DNA of 64,000 nucleotides from Candidatus Kapaibacterium sp. (GTDB taxonomy: Bacteria; Bacteroidota; Ignavibacteria; Kapaibacteriales; HRBIN21), in contig CALKEU010000002.1 in the NCBI GenBank assembly GCA_938084565.1, forward strand, positions 39,501-103,500. Reading direction: 5' to 3'. Position 1 is the stretch's first letter; each line of letters opens with the position of its first letter. Both the position numbers and the translations under genes were made by a program. The notes beneath the pieces are model-generated. The model had not been told where the DNA came from. It worked only from the letters and a program-made list of their open reading frames with translations, and did not search any database. Positions 10,701 to 18,914 of the stretch are shown here, one piece after another.

Positions 10701-11147
10701 GCAATAGCCGAAGACAGCCTCCCGCTGATCTCTCGGCAGGGGAGCTTTCTGAATGCCCGAGGGGTCGAGTACGACCCCAGCGATGGAGGCTTCTGGATTA
10801 CGGATTTCAGCGGCAACATCTACAAAATTGTCGGGTTCCGCTCCGTGGTCTCTGTGCCCGGTTCTGTGAAGCCTTCCTTGGAGCAGCAGCTGCACGTGTT
10901 CCCGCAACCGGCACGGGAGATGGTGCAGGTGTGGTTTGCGTGCAGTCACGACCGTCAGCCTGTACGCATAGAGCTGCGCGATCTACTCGGCCGCCTCTAC
11001 ACCACCATTGCCGAAGGGGATGCAGCAACGCTCTGCGGACAGACCTGGTCTGTGCCCCTCGTAGGGCTTCCCGCAGGGACGTATTGGTGCATACTATGCC
11101 TTGGCGGCACGGTCGTCGATGCACAACCATTTGTGCGCTTGCCGTAA
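7707..11147 (+). CDS. Secreted BNR/Asp-box (Vps10/GH74-like) beta-propeller protein with Ig-like domain, second propeller and T9SS-type C-terminal sorting domain
   Basis: Signal peptide; many W/Y-x-S/T-T-D-G-G-x-T/S-W repeats; ITAPAGGE...ISW domain; C-terminus VFPQPA...IELRDLLGR...GLPAGTYW. Confidence 0.8.
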   Translation: MQKGVLWLTAFLSLYASASQTDTADFLRIIGRENPRQREEAFRFARAYPFERIPEGARLRALEQLRALERHIGKAALQALQPRWQPLGPFTVGGRIRAVVHHPTREGWVYIGAAAGGLWRTTDGGQSWTPLFDFENSLSFGALAIDPNNPDILYAATGEMSNNIDSYLGAGIFKSTDGGQSWTPLGLTHVGAFSKIVVHPRASNFIVAGATKSYAGFWRSTDGGRTWQRTFSGVVSDISFNPNDTAEFFIGVSGRGIYRSTDGGLSWQFRSAGLPSALGRVCVQQAPSDPNILYALIEQNGSGGVAAIYKSTNRGQSWQLVYQGQESFFNGQGWYNAYIVIHPTNPNLVLAGGIDIYRTTDGGATWVNVTNGYTGGNVHVDQHAAAFNPLNPNIVYAGNDGGMYRSTDAGATWTPINNGLAVTQFYAMAIDQSKAYVTYGGTQDNGTLGNRGGNWGMVAGGDGFFVAIDHDNPDIIYGEFPFGDLWKRNLATGTFQRITNGIPSSDPAYWSAPLVMDPTNSQTLYHGRRRLYATYDGGASWTPLSPPMNGSITAIGVSPADPNVIFIGTARGEVWRTSDGGQTWEDVGKNGLPNRFITDFALSERDPAVAYVTLSGFGTGHVWRTTDGGRTWQDISIGLPDIPANAIVVDPQTEDHLFVGTDIGVFASLDGGATWFPYGVGLPRSPVVDLGIHYSRRTLRAATHGRSMWEVPLPTEPITEPVITAPAGGELFVAGSPVVISWYGFTLPVQIDFSADNGQTWETIADGVTSTVLRWIAPNRPTIWARLRIRSQVDPTQTRITPTFTLLEPQRGAITQQGGVVHVPYGIAADGRGGLWTTSFSTPYLYKLSATTLTIEKELRIPGGDSLYTDLTMDRHNGILYIHKLSSTSSGSSGSILVLDTAGRLLRQYASPARYPTGLAFYRGKLIVAERDGSQQLYVLDPATGAVEATSPNPSRLPLGPRGLAADEQNDKLYLVSTNFSGGSLTATHLVQLSLPFPAIAEDSLPLISRQGSFLNARGVEYDPSDGGFWITDFSGNIYKIVGFRSVVSVPGSVKPSLEQQLHVFPQPAREMVQVWFACSHDRQPVRIELRDLLGRLYTTIAEGDAATLCGQTWSVPLVGLPAGTYWCILCLGGTVVDAQPFVRLP

Positions 11148-11196
11148 GCAGGCCATTCTACATTTTGCGCCGAACATGCCGATACTATAGAGCGGC

Positions 11197-12009
11197 ATGG
11201 CACGGCGACTACCCATATCAGAGGAACAGCACCCCAGCACGGAGCGATACATTATCACGTACGCCGACTTGATCACACTGCTGCTGGGGCTTTTCGTCAT
11301 CTTGTACGCCGCCTCACAGGTAGATGTGGGCAAGTACCGCGAAGTTGCCCAAGCTCTTGTGCGCCATTTCAATCCCGGGGCTCATCCGCTGCCGCTGGAG
11401 CAGCGTGGCACCCAATTGCTGCCGGGCGAGGATGGAATTCCGCAGCCCATTCTCCCCCGTTCTTTCCCCATAACCATCGACCAGTGGCTTCAAGAAACCG
11501 AGCGGCTGTTCCAGCCCTACATTGCCAGCGGCCGACTCAGCCTGGAACGTCTGGCCGAAGGCGCTTTGATTCGAGTCTCTGAAGCGCTCCTCTTCGAGAC
11601 CGGTAAGGCCGACCTCCAACCCGAGGCGCTGCCGATTCTGGATACGCTGGCTGCTCTGCTGCGCACTGTTCCATACCTCATTAGCGTCGACGGGCACACC
11701 GATAGCATTCCCATCCGCACATTGCGCTACGAGTCCAACTGGCACCTCTCAACTGCCCGGGCTTTGACCGTGGCTTACTACCTCATCCAACATGGGGTAC
11801 CGGAAACCCAGCTAGCCGTTCGCGGCTTTGGTCCGCAGCGCCCGATAGCTCCCAACAGCACCCCCGAAGGGCGAGCGAAGAACCGCCGCGTTGAGATTGT
11901 GCTCTCCGAGCTCTCCGCTGGCTCCCGCAATCGCTCTGGATACTGGCAACCCGGGCAACCTATTCTCCTCCCTCAACAGCTCTCATCTACACAACGGAAA
12001 GCGAAGTAG
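11197..12009 (+). CDS. motB: Flagellar stator protein MotB (OmpA-like peptidoglycan-binding domain)
   Basis: TM motif ITYADLITLLLGLFVILYA with the conserved Asp; GHTD...NWHLSTARA...NRRVEI. Confidence 0.9.
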   Translation: MARRLPISEEQHPSTERYIITYADLITLLLGLFVILYAASQVDVGKYREVAQALVRHFNPGAHPLPLEQRGTQLLPGEDGIPQPILPRSFPITIDQWLQETERLFQPYIASGRLSLERLAEGALIRVSEALLFETGKADLQPEALPILDTLAALLRTVPYLISVDGHTDSIPIRTLRYESNWHLSTARALTVAYYLIQHGVPETQLAVRGFGPQRPIAPNSTPEGRAKNRRVEIVLSELSAGSRNRSGYWQPGQPILLPQQLSSTQRKAK

Positions 12010-12011
12010 CC

Positions 12012-12461
12012 ATGGCACAACAGCCCCATTCCCGGCTCCTGGTAGTTCCTGGCCTGGGCACGATCCGCCTCCAGCGCAAATACCTCTTCACCTTTCCCTC
12101 AGGGCTCATAGGCTTCGAACACCTCAAGCAGTACGTCATTGTTGCCTCTCCCGAGCTTGAACCACTCCGCTGGGTACTAGCGGTAGAGGATCCCACCATC
12201 GGCCTGCCTGTCTTGCTGCCGTGGTATGTCATACCACACTACGAACTGCCGGCCGAGTATGCCGACCCACAGCGGTTCGTCCCGCTGGTCGTTGTGGCTA
12301 TCATGCCGGAGTCCGGCACGGTAGTGGTCAACCTGAAGGCACCCATTATCCTCGACCTCCAGAAACGCCAGGGGCAGCAAGTGATCTTGCCCGGAGATCG
12401 CTACTCGGCAACTCATCCACTAGGGTCTGTCCAACGAGCCGCGAAAGAACCCCAATGTTAG
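12012..12461 (+). CDS. fliW: Flagellar assembly factor FliW
   Basis: FTFPSGLIGFEHLKQY, VNLKAPIIL, GQQVIL; directly upstream of csrA. Confidence 0.9.
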   Translation: MAQQPHSRLLVVPGLGTIRLQRKYLFTFPSGLIGFEHLKQYVIVASPELEPLRWVLAVEDPTIGLPVLLPWYVIPHYELPAEYADPQRFVPLVVVAIMPESGTVVVNLKAPIILDLQKRQGQQVILPGDRYSATHPLGSVQRAAKEPQC

Positions 12462-12760
12462 TACTTTCGCGCAAGGCTGGTGAAGAAATTGCCATCGATG
12501 GCGTCGTGACCATCCGTGTGCTCTCCATCGAGCGAGGTGTAGTGCGGCTCGGCATCGAAGCGCCGCGAGGCATTGCCATCTACCGGCGCGAGCTCTATCG
12601 CCGCATCGAACAACTCAATCAGCAGGCTACCACAAGCCAAATGCAGCCCCTGGTTGCCGCACTCCGAGCCGCACGCCTCTATACTGCCCCCCCAGCAGAA
12701 CTCCCTGCAGCACCCTTAGAAATCTGCAGAACACATCATGACGGCCAAGCCCAACGTTGA
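12455..12760 (+). CDS. csrA: Carbon storage regulator CsrA with long C-terminal extension
   Basis: MLVLSRKAGEEIAIDG...VRLGIEAPRGIAIYRRELY; ATG 12455 overlaps the fliW stop. Confidence 0.93.
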   Translation: MLVLSRKAGEEIAIDGVVTIRVLSIERGVVRLGIEAPRGIAIYRRELYRRIEQLNQQATTSQMQPLVAALRAARLYTAPPAELPAAPLEICRTHHDGQAQR

Positions 12761-13370
12761 AGAGCATCTCCAGCCCCTTCCTATCCTGATCGTGGATGAC
12801 GACATCTGGACTCAGCGCATTCTGGCGCGCATCCTCGAGAGCATGGGATTCGAGCCCTTGATAGCCAATAACGGGTACGAGGCCATCGAGCTTGCTCTCG
12901 AACGCAAGCCCGCCGTCATCTTCCTCGACATTATCATGCCCGAGCTGAGCGGTCACCAGACGCTGAAACTCCTCAAGCGCCTGAAGACAACCCGCTCCAT
13001 CCCTGTGCTGATGATCACGGCCCTCTCGGATACCGAAAATCTTGGGCTTGCCGTCAAAGAGGGTGCTGCCGGCTTCATTCGCAAACCATTCACCCGGGCG
13101 CTCATTCTGGAAAAACTCCAGGAGCTGCTTGGCAACGAAGTTGTGCAGGCGCTCGCCATCCTCCGCCTGCGGCAGCGGACCGAGCCCACAGAAGCTCCAG
13201 CCTCGACACCTCCTCCACCACCACTGCCTGAAGCTCCCCAGAGTATCCGCCCGGACGAAGCCCTCCGCCGCTACCAAGCAGAAAACAATGAACCCCCGCT
13301 GAGTACCGAGCTCATTCGAGAACTCCTCCTCCGTCCACCGCAGCCGCCCGCTCCATCGGCTGAGGCATAA
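12738..13370 (+). CDS. Response regulator receiver domain with Pro-rich C-terminal tail and no recognisable output domain
   Basis: ILIVDDD, FLDIIMPELSG (phospho-Asp), MITA, FIRKPF. Confidence 0.85.
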   Translation: MTAKPNVEEHLQPLPILIVDDDIWTQRILARILESMGFEPLIANNGYEAIELALERKPAVIFLDIIMPELSGHQTLKLLKRLKTTRSIPVLMITALSDTENLGLAVKEGAAGFIRKPFTRALILEKLQELLGNEVVQALAILRLRQRTEPTEAPASTPPPPPLPEAPQSIRPDEALRRYQAENNEPPLSTELIRELLLRPPQPPAPSAEA

Positions 13371-13385
13371 AGGCTTGCGCTCGTT

Positions 13386-13413
13386 CGTTTCGCCGATGTG
13401 TCCGGCGCAAACG
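13386..13413 (+). terminator. Hairpin downstream of the receiver gene
   Basis: CGTTTCGCCG / CGGCGCAAACG stem with one bulge; no clean U-tract. Confidence 0.3.
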
Positions 13414-13457
13414 AGTAATTTGCATCCCCACATGTCGAACGGAGCACGGGAATCCCC

Positions 13458-15161
13458 ATGGCCTGTCCGCATGTCCAGGTTCGTCTATACATGGCGATAG
13501 CGCTGCTCCTGGGGAGCTTGCCGCTTTCTACTTCGGCCCAGATTGCAGGCTTTGCGATCTTCCATGCCAGCGCGGATCCCGACATAGAACAGGTCGACCT
13601 CTATTACGACGACAACTGGATCCAGCTCGGGCTTCCCTTCCGCCAACTGAGTTTTCGCACCGACGTGCTTGCCGGAACTCCGTATCGTATCGGAGTCACG
13701 CCGGCCGGGAGTCAGACCTTCATCACCACTGTCCAGTTTACCCCCCGGCCCGAGACCGATTATCTGCTGCTCTTCATGGGGCTCAGTAATCCCCAACGTT
13801 TTGCTCCGAACCCGGAGCAGCTGTCCACCACGGCCCGGCTCCTCATCCAGGAGCTTCCGCCGAACTCGGGTGACTCGCTGGCTGTGTGGCTTGCCTTCGC
13901 CCACGCTGTCACGGATGCCCCAGCACTCCGCCTTGTGCATGCGGGGGGTCGGCCACTGTATGGATTGCAGAGCTTCGGTTCTCTCACACCAGGTCTGCTA
14001 CCGGCCGACACACTGACGATAGAGTGCTACACACGTGACGGCACCTTACTGGCCCGCTTCCGGGGAGATTTGCGCGACTACGCCGGGGAGGTCGGGCTGC
14101 TAGTTCTTTCCGGCTTTACTCAGCCGGCGAGGAATCAGAACGGACCCGGTCTGGCTCTCCAAGCTGTGTTCCTCGATGGAACCGTTCTCGACTTCCAGCG
14201 CCTCGATACCCAAGCCTCGACAGCGTTTGCTCAGCTGATCCACGCAAGCCCGGATCCAACGCTGGCCACCGTCGATGTATACATCAACGGGCAGAAGGCT
14301 CTCGACGACTTCAGCTTCCGAAACGCAACACCGCTGACGGAACTTCCGGCCGGGGTACCGCTACAGATTGGGCTTGCCCCCGGCAATAGTCAGAGTGTCG
14401 CGGATACGCTGCGGAGTTTTACGGCAGTCCTGCCACCGGGAGTACGCATCTGTGCGATTGTCTCGGGGGTTCTCAATCCGCAGGAATTTGCTCCCAACCC
14501 CGGTGGGAGCTCAACGGAGCTGACTCTCTTGAGCCTTCCGGCGCTCGAGCGGTCATCCTCTTCAACGAGTGTGGCCCTGGCGCTTGCACATGCGGTCACC
14601 GATGCCGGCCCTGTCTCGATGCAGTTTGGCACTATCCCCCTGGCAGCTGGCCGCCAGCTCCAGTACGGAGAGGTTTTTGCTCCGTACGAGCAGCTGCCCG
14701 CTGTCCTGGACACTCTCCGAGGGCTACCACAAGCGTACCTACTCGATCTTTCCCCTCACGGCGGGAAGGCAGGGGTAATCGTGCTGACTGGTTTCGCTGA
14801 TCCTGCGGCCAACAAGAACGGCCCCTCGCTGGTGCCAATTGTGGCCTTCTCCGATGGGACCGTTGTCCAACTGTCGCCGGTTGTCAGTGTTGGGGAAGCG
14901 GCATCAGTTCGCACCTTTGCAGCAGAGCTTCTCGCCGATGAGCTCCGGATCTACGTGCCCGAGGCGGTACCATCGGCTACCGTGGAGCTTCTGACCCTCA
15001 TGGGGAAGCGCCTCGGCCAGTGGACAGTTGAAGGGAGAGCAGGCTGGGTTGGGCTCCCGCTCGGCTCCCCGATTGCGAGCGGGCTCTATTTGTGCCGGCT
15101 CACAATCCCCCAGACAGGCTACCACTGGGCGCGTCCCCTCCTGCACCTGAGGCTGCCATAG
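13458..15161 (+). CDS. Secreted DUF4397-repeat protein with probable T9SS-like C-terminal domain
   Basis: Signal peptide; duplicated units FHASADPDIEQVDLY / IHASPDPTLATVDVY and HAVTDAPAL / HAVTDAGPV; C-terminal LLTLMGKRL...IASGLYLCRL. Start could be ATG 13488. Confidence 0.7.
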   Translation: MACPHVQVRLYMAIALLLGSLPLSTSAQIAGFAIFHASADPDIEQVDLYYDDNWIQLGLPFRQLSFRTDVLAGTPYRIGVTPAGSQTFITTVQFTPRPETDYLLLFMGLSNPQRFAPNPEQLSTTARLLIQELPPNSGDSLAVWLAFAHAVTDAPALRLVHAGGRPLYGLQSFGSLTPGLLPADTLTIECYTRDGTLLARFRGDLRDYAGEVGLLVLSGFTQPARNQNGPGLALQAVFLDGTVLDFQRLDTQASTAFAQLIHASPDPTLATVDVYINGQKALDDFSFRNATPLTELPAGVPLQIGLAPGNSQSVADTLRSFTAVLPPGVRICAIVSGVLNPQEFAPNPGGSSTELTLLSLPALERSSSSTSVALALAHAVTDAGPVSMQFGTIPLAAGRQLQYGEVFAPYEQLPAVLDTLRGLPQAYLLDLSPHGGKAGVIVLTGFADPAANKNGPSLVPIVAFSDGTVVQLSPVVSVGEAASVRTFAAELLADELRIYVPEAVPSATVELLTLMGKRLGQWTVEGRAGWVGLPLGSPIASGLYLCRLTIPQTGYHWARPLLHLRLP

Positions 15162-15211
15162 CTTCAGGTAGGCGCACAGCATACGCATCGTATGCTCAGC
15201 CGGAGAACTCG

Positions 15212-15934
15212 ATGGTGTCGCTCCTCATAGCTGGACTGGCAGGGACAGGCATTGGGTTCCTCCTGGCCGTGCCAGCCATCGGGCCTGTCTCGCTGAGTGT
15301 CTTGCGTAGTAGCCTCACCCAGGGAAGGCGGGCGGGTATCTACGTCGCTCTGGGCGCAGCACTCGTCGATGCCCTTCTCTGCTTCCTTGCCCTCTTTGCC
15401 ACGGGCTTCCTCGGGATGCTGATAGGTTTTGCCGGCATGCATCCGATTCTCTCGCTGCTCCTGCAACTGAGCTGTGTGGGGCTGCTCATCGGGTACGGTA
15501 TTCTGCAGCTCCAGCAAAAGCGCAGTTTCCCAGCTCCTCCGGAACTGCCTCAGCATCCTGTCGTGGCCCAATTGCTCCGGCGAGGGCACTTCTTCGTCGG
15601 CATGGGCATGGCGCTGACGAACATAGCCAATCCTACCTTTCCGTCGTCGCTGGCCTACATTGCTGTCATTGCTCACGAATTCCAGCTCGTTAGGACAGAG
15701 CAGTGGTGGAGCCTGACTGCGTTCGCTGCCGGGTTTGGCGCTGGGAACCTCTGCTGGCTAGCATTGCTGGCATACGGTATCCACCACTTCCGGCGCTATC
15801 TTCGTGGGGAGGCGATGGAACGTCTCCGACATTTTGTCGGCATTGCGCTGATTGGGCTCGGTACCCTGCTGGGCATCCGCATCCTCACAGCCGTCCGATG
15901 GCACGATGTGCTCCGCCTCTTACCAGCTTTCTGA
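15212..15934 (+). CDS. LysE/RhtB family translocator
   Basis: PAIGPVSLSVLRSSLTQGRRAGIYVALGAALVD; NIANP; about 6 TM helices. Confidence 0.8.
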   Translation: MVSLLIAGLAGTGIGFLLAVPAIGPVSLSVLRSSLTQGRRAGIYVALGAALVDALLCFLALFATGFLGMLIGFAGMHPILSLLLQLSCVGLLIGYGILQLQQKRSFPAPPELPQHPVVAQLLRRGHFFVGMGMALTNIANPTFPSSLAYIAVIAHEFQLVRTEQWWSLTAFAAGFGAGNLCWLALLAYGIHHFRRYLRGEAMERLRHFVGIALIGLGTLLGIRILTAVRWHDVLRLLPAF

Positions 15935-16982
15935 AGCGCACTCGGGGAGCCACACTCGGGGAGAGCGCCCCGCGCCTTCGACCTCTATCCGGTTCATCAA
16001 GCGGAAGCGGCTAGACGAGGCCCAGCTCTACCGCGGGCGCGTCCTCGAGGGAACAGGCCGGCAATGGCTGGTCGAACCGCAGGAGGACCCGAAACGGCTC
16101 GTCGAATGCACGGTTGCTGGAACTGTCGTGAGCGAAGATCCAGCCACGCCACAGGTTGTAGCTGTCGGCGATGAAGTAGAGTTTGTGCTCACCGATGAGC
16201 GGAGCCCAAGCGGGTACCCTCAGGGGCTCATTGTGCACATCCTGCAGCGACGAACAAAACTAGCTCGCTACCGACGCGTCGAAGGCAAGGAGCAGATCCT
16301 GGTCAGCAATGCTGACCAACTCGTCATTCTCCAAGCCATTGCCGAACCGGCGTACAACCGCTTCCTCATCGACCGCTACCTGATCGTTGCCGAACTCGGC
16401 CAACTGCAGCCGGTGCTCTGCGTCAACAAGATCGATTTAGGCCTGACCCCACAGGTACGACAGGACTTGCGCGTCTACAGCGACACTTTGGGCATTCCCA
16501 CGATCTTCTGCAGTGCTCTGACCGGTGAAGGCATCGACGTGCTCCGCCAGATTTTGCAGGGGAAGATCTCTGCCCTCTCAGGTCCCTCGGGCGTTGGGAA
16601 ATCCACGCTCACCAACCTCCTCCTGGGCAGAGCGGTGCAGCAGGTGGGGCCGATTAGTCCAAAACTCGGGCAAGGACGGCATGTGACCACGATGGTTCGC
16701 ATGTTTCCTCTGCCCGAGGGCGGCTACATTGTCGATACACCTGGCATTCGGGAGCTCTTTGTCCGAGAGCTCACTCGGGATGAGCTCGAGCGCTTCTTCC
16801 CCGATTTCCAACCGTGGCAGGCGGAATGCCTCTACCGGCCATGCAGCCACATTCACGAGCCTGAATGCGCCGTCCGCGCTGCTGTTGCTGACGGTAAAAT
16901 CGACGCCCTACGCTACGAGCACTACTGCCGCCTCTGGAGGAGCCTGCCGAAGTACCAGTACCAGTGGAAGCGCCGCCGGTAA
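15906..16982 (+). CDS. rsgA: Ribosome small subunit-dependent GTPase RsgA (start uncertain)
   Basis: Circularly permuted GTPase: NKID, GPSGVGKST, GRHVTT, DTPG, Zn site CLYRPCSHIHEPEC. Confidence 0.92.
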   Translation: MCSASYQLSEAHSGSHTRGERPAPSTSIRFIKRKRLDEAQLYRGRVLEGTGRQWLVEPQEDPKRLVECTVAGTVVSEDPATPQVVAVGDEVEFVLTDERSPSGYPQGLIVHILQRRTKLARYRRVEGKEQILVSNADQLVILQAIAEPAYNRFLIDRYLIVAELGQLQPVLCVNKIDLGLTPQVRQDLRVYSDTLGIPTIFCSALTGEGIDVLRQILQGKISALSGPSGVGKSTLTNLLLGRAVQQVGPISPKLGQGRHVTTMVRMFPLPEGGYIVDTPGIRELFVRELTRDELERFFPDFQPWQAECLYRPCSHIHEPECAVRAAVADGKIDALRYEHYCRLWRSLPKYQYQWKRRR

Positions 16983-18914
16983 TCAGAAGCGCTCGGCGGG
17001 ATACCACGTCAGGACAACCTCAACCCGTAGCGCCCGACCGGGCAGGGGATAGTTGCGGATGTACTCCCCAGCCACATCGAAGAGGTTGCGTACGGCCAGG
17101 TGCAGCTCCCCCCGCAGGCTCTGTGTGGTCAATAGGCGAGAGTGCACCAGGTAGTCGGCACGCACATATGGCGGGAGTCGACTGTCGGGGGCTTGGTCGG
17201 CTTGGCTCCATCGCTCTCCGATGGCTGTGAGCTGTACGGTGAACTCTACCGGTTCCAGCCGTATGCTGCAGCTCCCCGCCGCCAGCAGCAAGGGGACATA
17301 CGGGAGCTGCCGACCGTGGGTGTATGGGTTCCCGGTCTGATCGGTGACGCGCTGCCATGTCAGCTGCGCGCTCAAGCGTAGTGCAGCAGTCGGGGCACAG
17401 ATAGCGTTCAGCTCCACTCCCCGGCTCCAGACGCGCCCGAGGTTGCGGGCATGCCAGAGTACCGGGCTCCGCGGCACAGCTATAATTTGGTCTCGCACCC
17501 AGAGGACAAAGGCGTCACCCTGCACCCATAACGCTCGAGAGGGCCTCCACTCCAGACCCATATTCCACGAACGTGTGCGTTCCGGGCGCAGACTGGGGTT
17601 ACCGAAGTTGAAGTAGTACAGCTCAGCAAAGCTCGGCGGGCGGAAATTGTCGCTCCATTGGAGCCGAAGCCGTACATTGCCCCAAATTGCCTGCAGCCCA
17701 AGCGTGGGGGACACAGCCGGTGCATACTGCTGATGGCTCTCCCCTCGCAGACCGCAGAACAGCTCTCCAACCCCCACCGTGGCGCGAAGCCACGCCTGTA
17801 ATGCTACCCCACCCCGCTGCGCCGTATGTTGCCCCTGCGGACGCAAAAGGCTCCCGTGAATGCTCTCCCAGCGGAGCTCTCCACCAAGCCCGCCGTAGAG
17901 CCACTGCCCCAGAGGCGAACTCCACCGCAGCGAAGAGGAGGCTTCCCACGCTCTGGCATCATCGTAGGCCCCTCGGGGCCCCCAGAGGCGAGCATCGGGA
18001 TCGCGGTAGAGAAGCCACGAGCGCCGCAGTGCCATGCTCCACTCCAGCCGTAGCGCCGGCACAACTGCCCCCACAACCCCGAGCCACTCTTCTTCCTCCA
18101 ACCGTGCACGAACGTTCTCAACACGCCCCTGGATCACCGCCCCGGGAACTCCTCGCTGACTCTGGTAGCCGATCAGCTGCCCCCATCCCCAGAATGAGGG
18201 AGCCTCATAGCGCATGGCAACTAGCGTTGCCAGTGCTGTCCGATCCCCATTCTGCCGCCGCTCCCGCTGTAGCCTCCCGAACTGGTTTACCACAAAGGGG
18301 TAATCCCCTCGCCCGTGAAGATACTCCATCCCCAGCCTCAGCGATACCCGGCTTCCCGTGGCATGCCCTAGCACAGTAGCCCGCTCTTCCCCAAAGGATC
18401 CCCGCCCGAGCGTTGCCCGCAGCAGTGGGACAGACCTCTTCGGGAGCGAGCGTACCACGATGATTCCTGAACCTGCATGGGCACCGAGCATGGCCGATCC
18501 TCCCCCAGCCACAACTTCGAGCTCCTCAATGAAGGAGGTCGGGAGATTGCCGAGGTCGTAGACCCCGTGCAGCGCTGTATTGAGCCGCACGCCCTCCCAG
18601 AGGACCAGCACCTGCGAAGCCCCCAATCCACGGATCGAGACCGTCTTGAGCCCTCCAAGGCCACCGTAATCTCGGAGAAAGACCCCAGGGAGCCCTGCTA
18701 CAGCCTCAGCTCCTTGCCAGAGAAGGCGCCGGGCCATTTCGGCAGCGTCGAGCCGCCTGACGGGCACAAAGCCGCTTTCTGACGGCGCCACCGCCTCAAT
18801 GCGCAGCGGCGGAAACGCAAAGCCAAGCGTGTCCACTCGGAGTGAATCCCGTATCGCCTCCGCACGCCCACTCCAGAGGCCTACCCCAATGACGGCAAGC
18901 CACCCCCACCTCAT
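16983..18914 (-). CDS. TonB-dependent receptor (BtuB-like plug plus barrel)
   Basis: Plug PGVFLRDYGGLGGLKTVSIRG...EGVRLN...IEELEVVAG; GNPSLRPE; NLFD...PLPGR. True start ATG 18914 (signal peptide MRWGWLAVIG) overlaps the upstream stop. Confidence 0.88.
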   Translation of the reverse strand: MRWGWLAVIGVGLWSGRAEAIRDSLRVDTLGFAFPPLRIEAVAPSESGFVPVRRLDAAEMARRLLWQGAEAVAGLPGVFLRDYGGLGGLKTVSIRGLGASQVLVLWEGVRLNTALHGVYDLGNLPTSFIEELEVVAGGGSAMLGAHAGSGIIVVRSLPKRSVPLLRATLGRGSFGEERATVLGHATGSRVSLRLGMEYLHGRGDYPFVVNQFGRLQRERRQNGDRTALATLVAMRYEAPSFWGWGQLIGYQSQRGVPGAVIQGRVENVRARLEEEEWLGVVGAVVPALRLEWSMALRRSWLLYRDPDARLWGPRGAYDDARAWEASSSLRWSSPLGQWLYGGLGGELRWESIHGSLLRPQGQHTAQRGGVALQAWLRATVGVGELFCGLRGESHQQYAPAVSPTLGLQAIWGNVRLRLQWSDNFRPPSFAELYYFNFGNPSLRPERTRSWNMGLEWRPSRALWVQGDAFVLWVRDQIIAVPRSPVLWHARNLGRVWSRGVELNAICAPTAALRLSAQLTWQRVTDQTGNPYTHGRQLPYVPLLLAAGSCSIRLEPVEFTVQLTAIGERWSQADQAPDSRLPPYVRADYLVHSRLLTTQSLRGELHLAVRNLFDVAGEYIRNYPLPGRALRVEVVLTWYPAERF

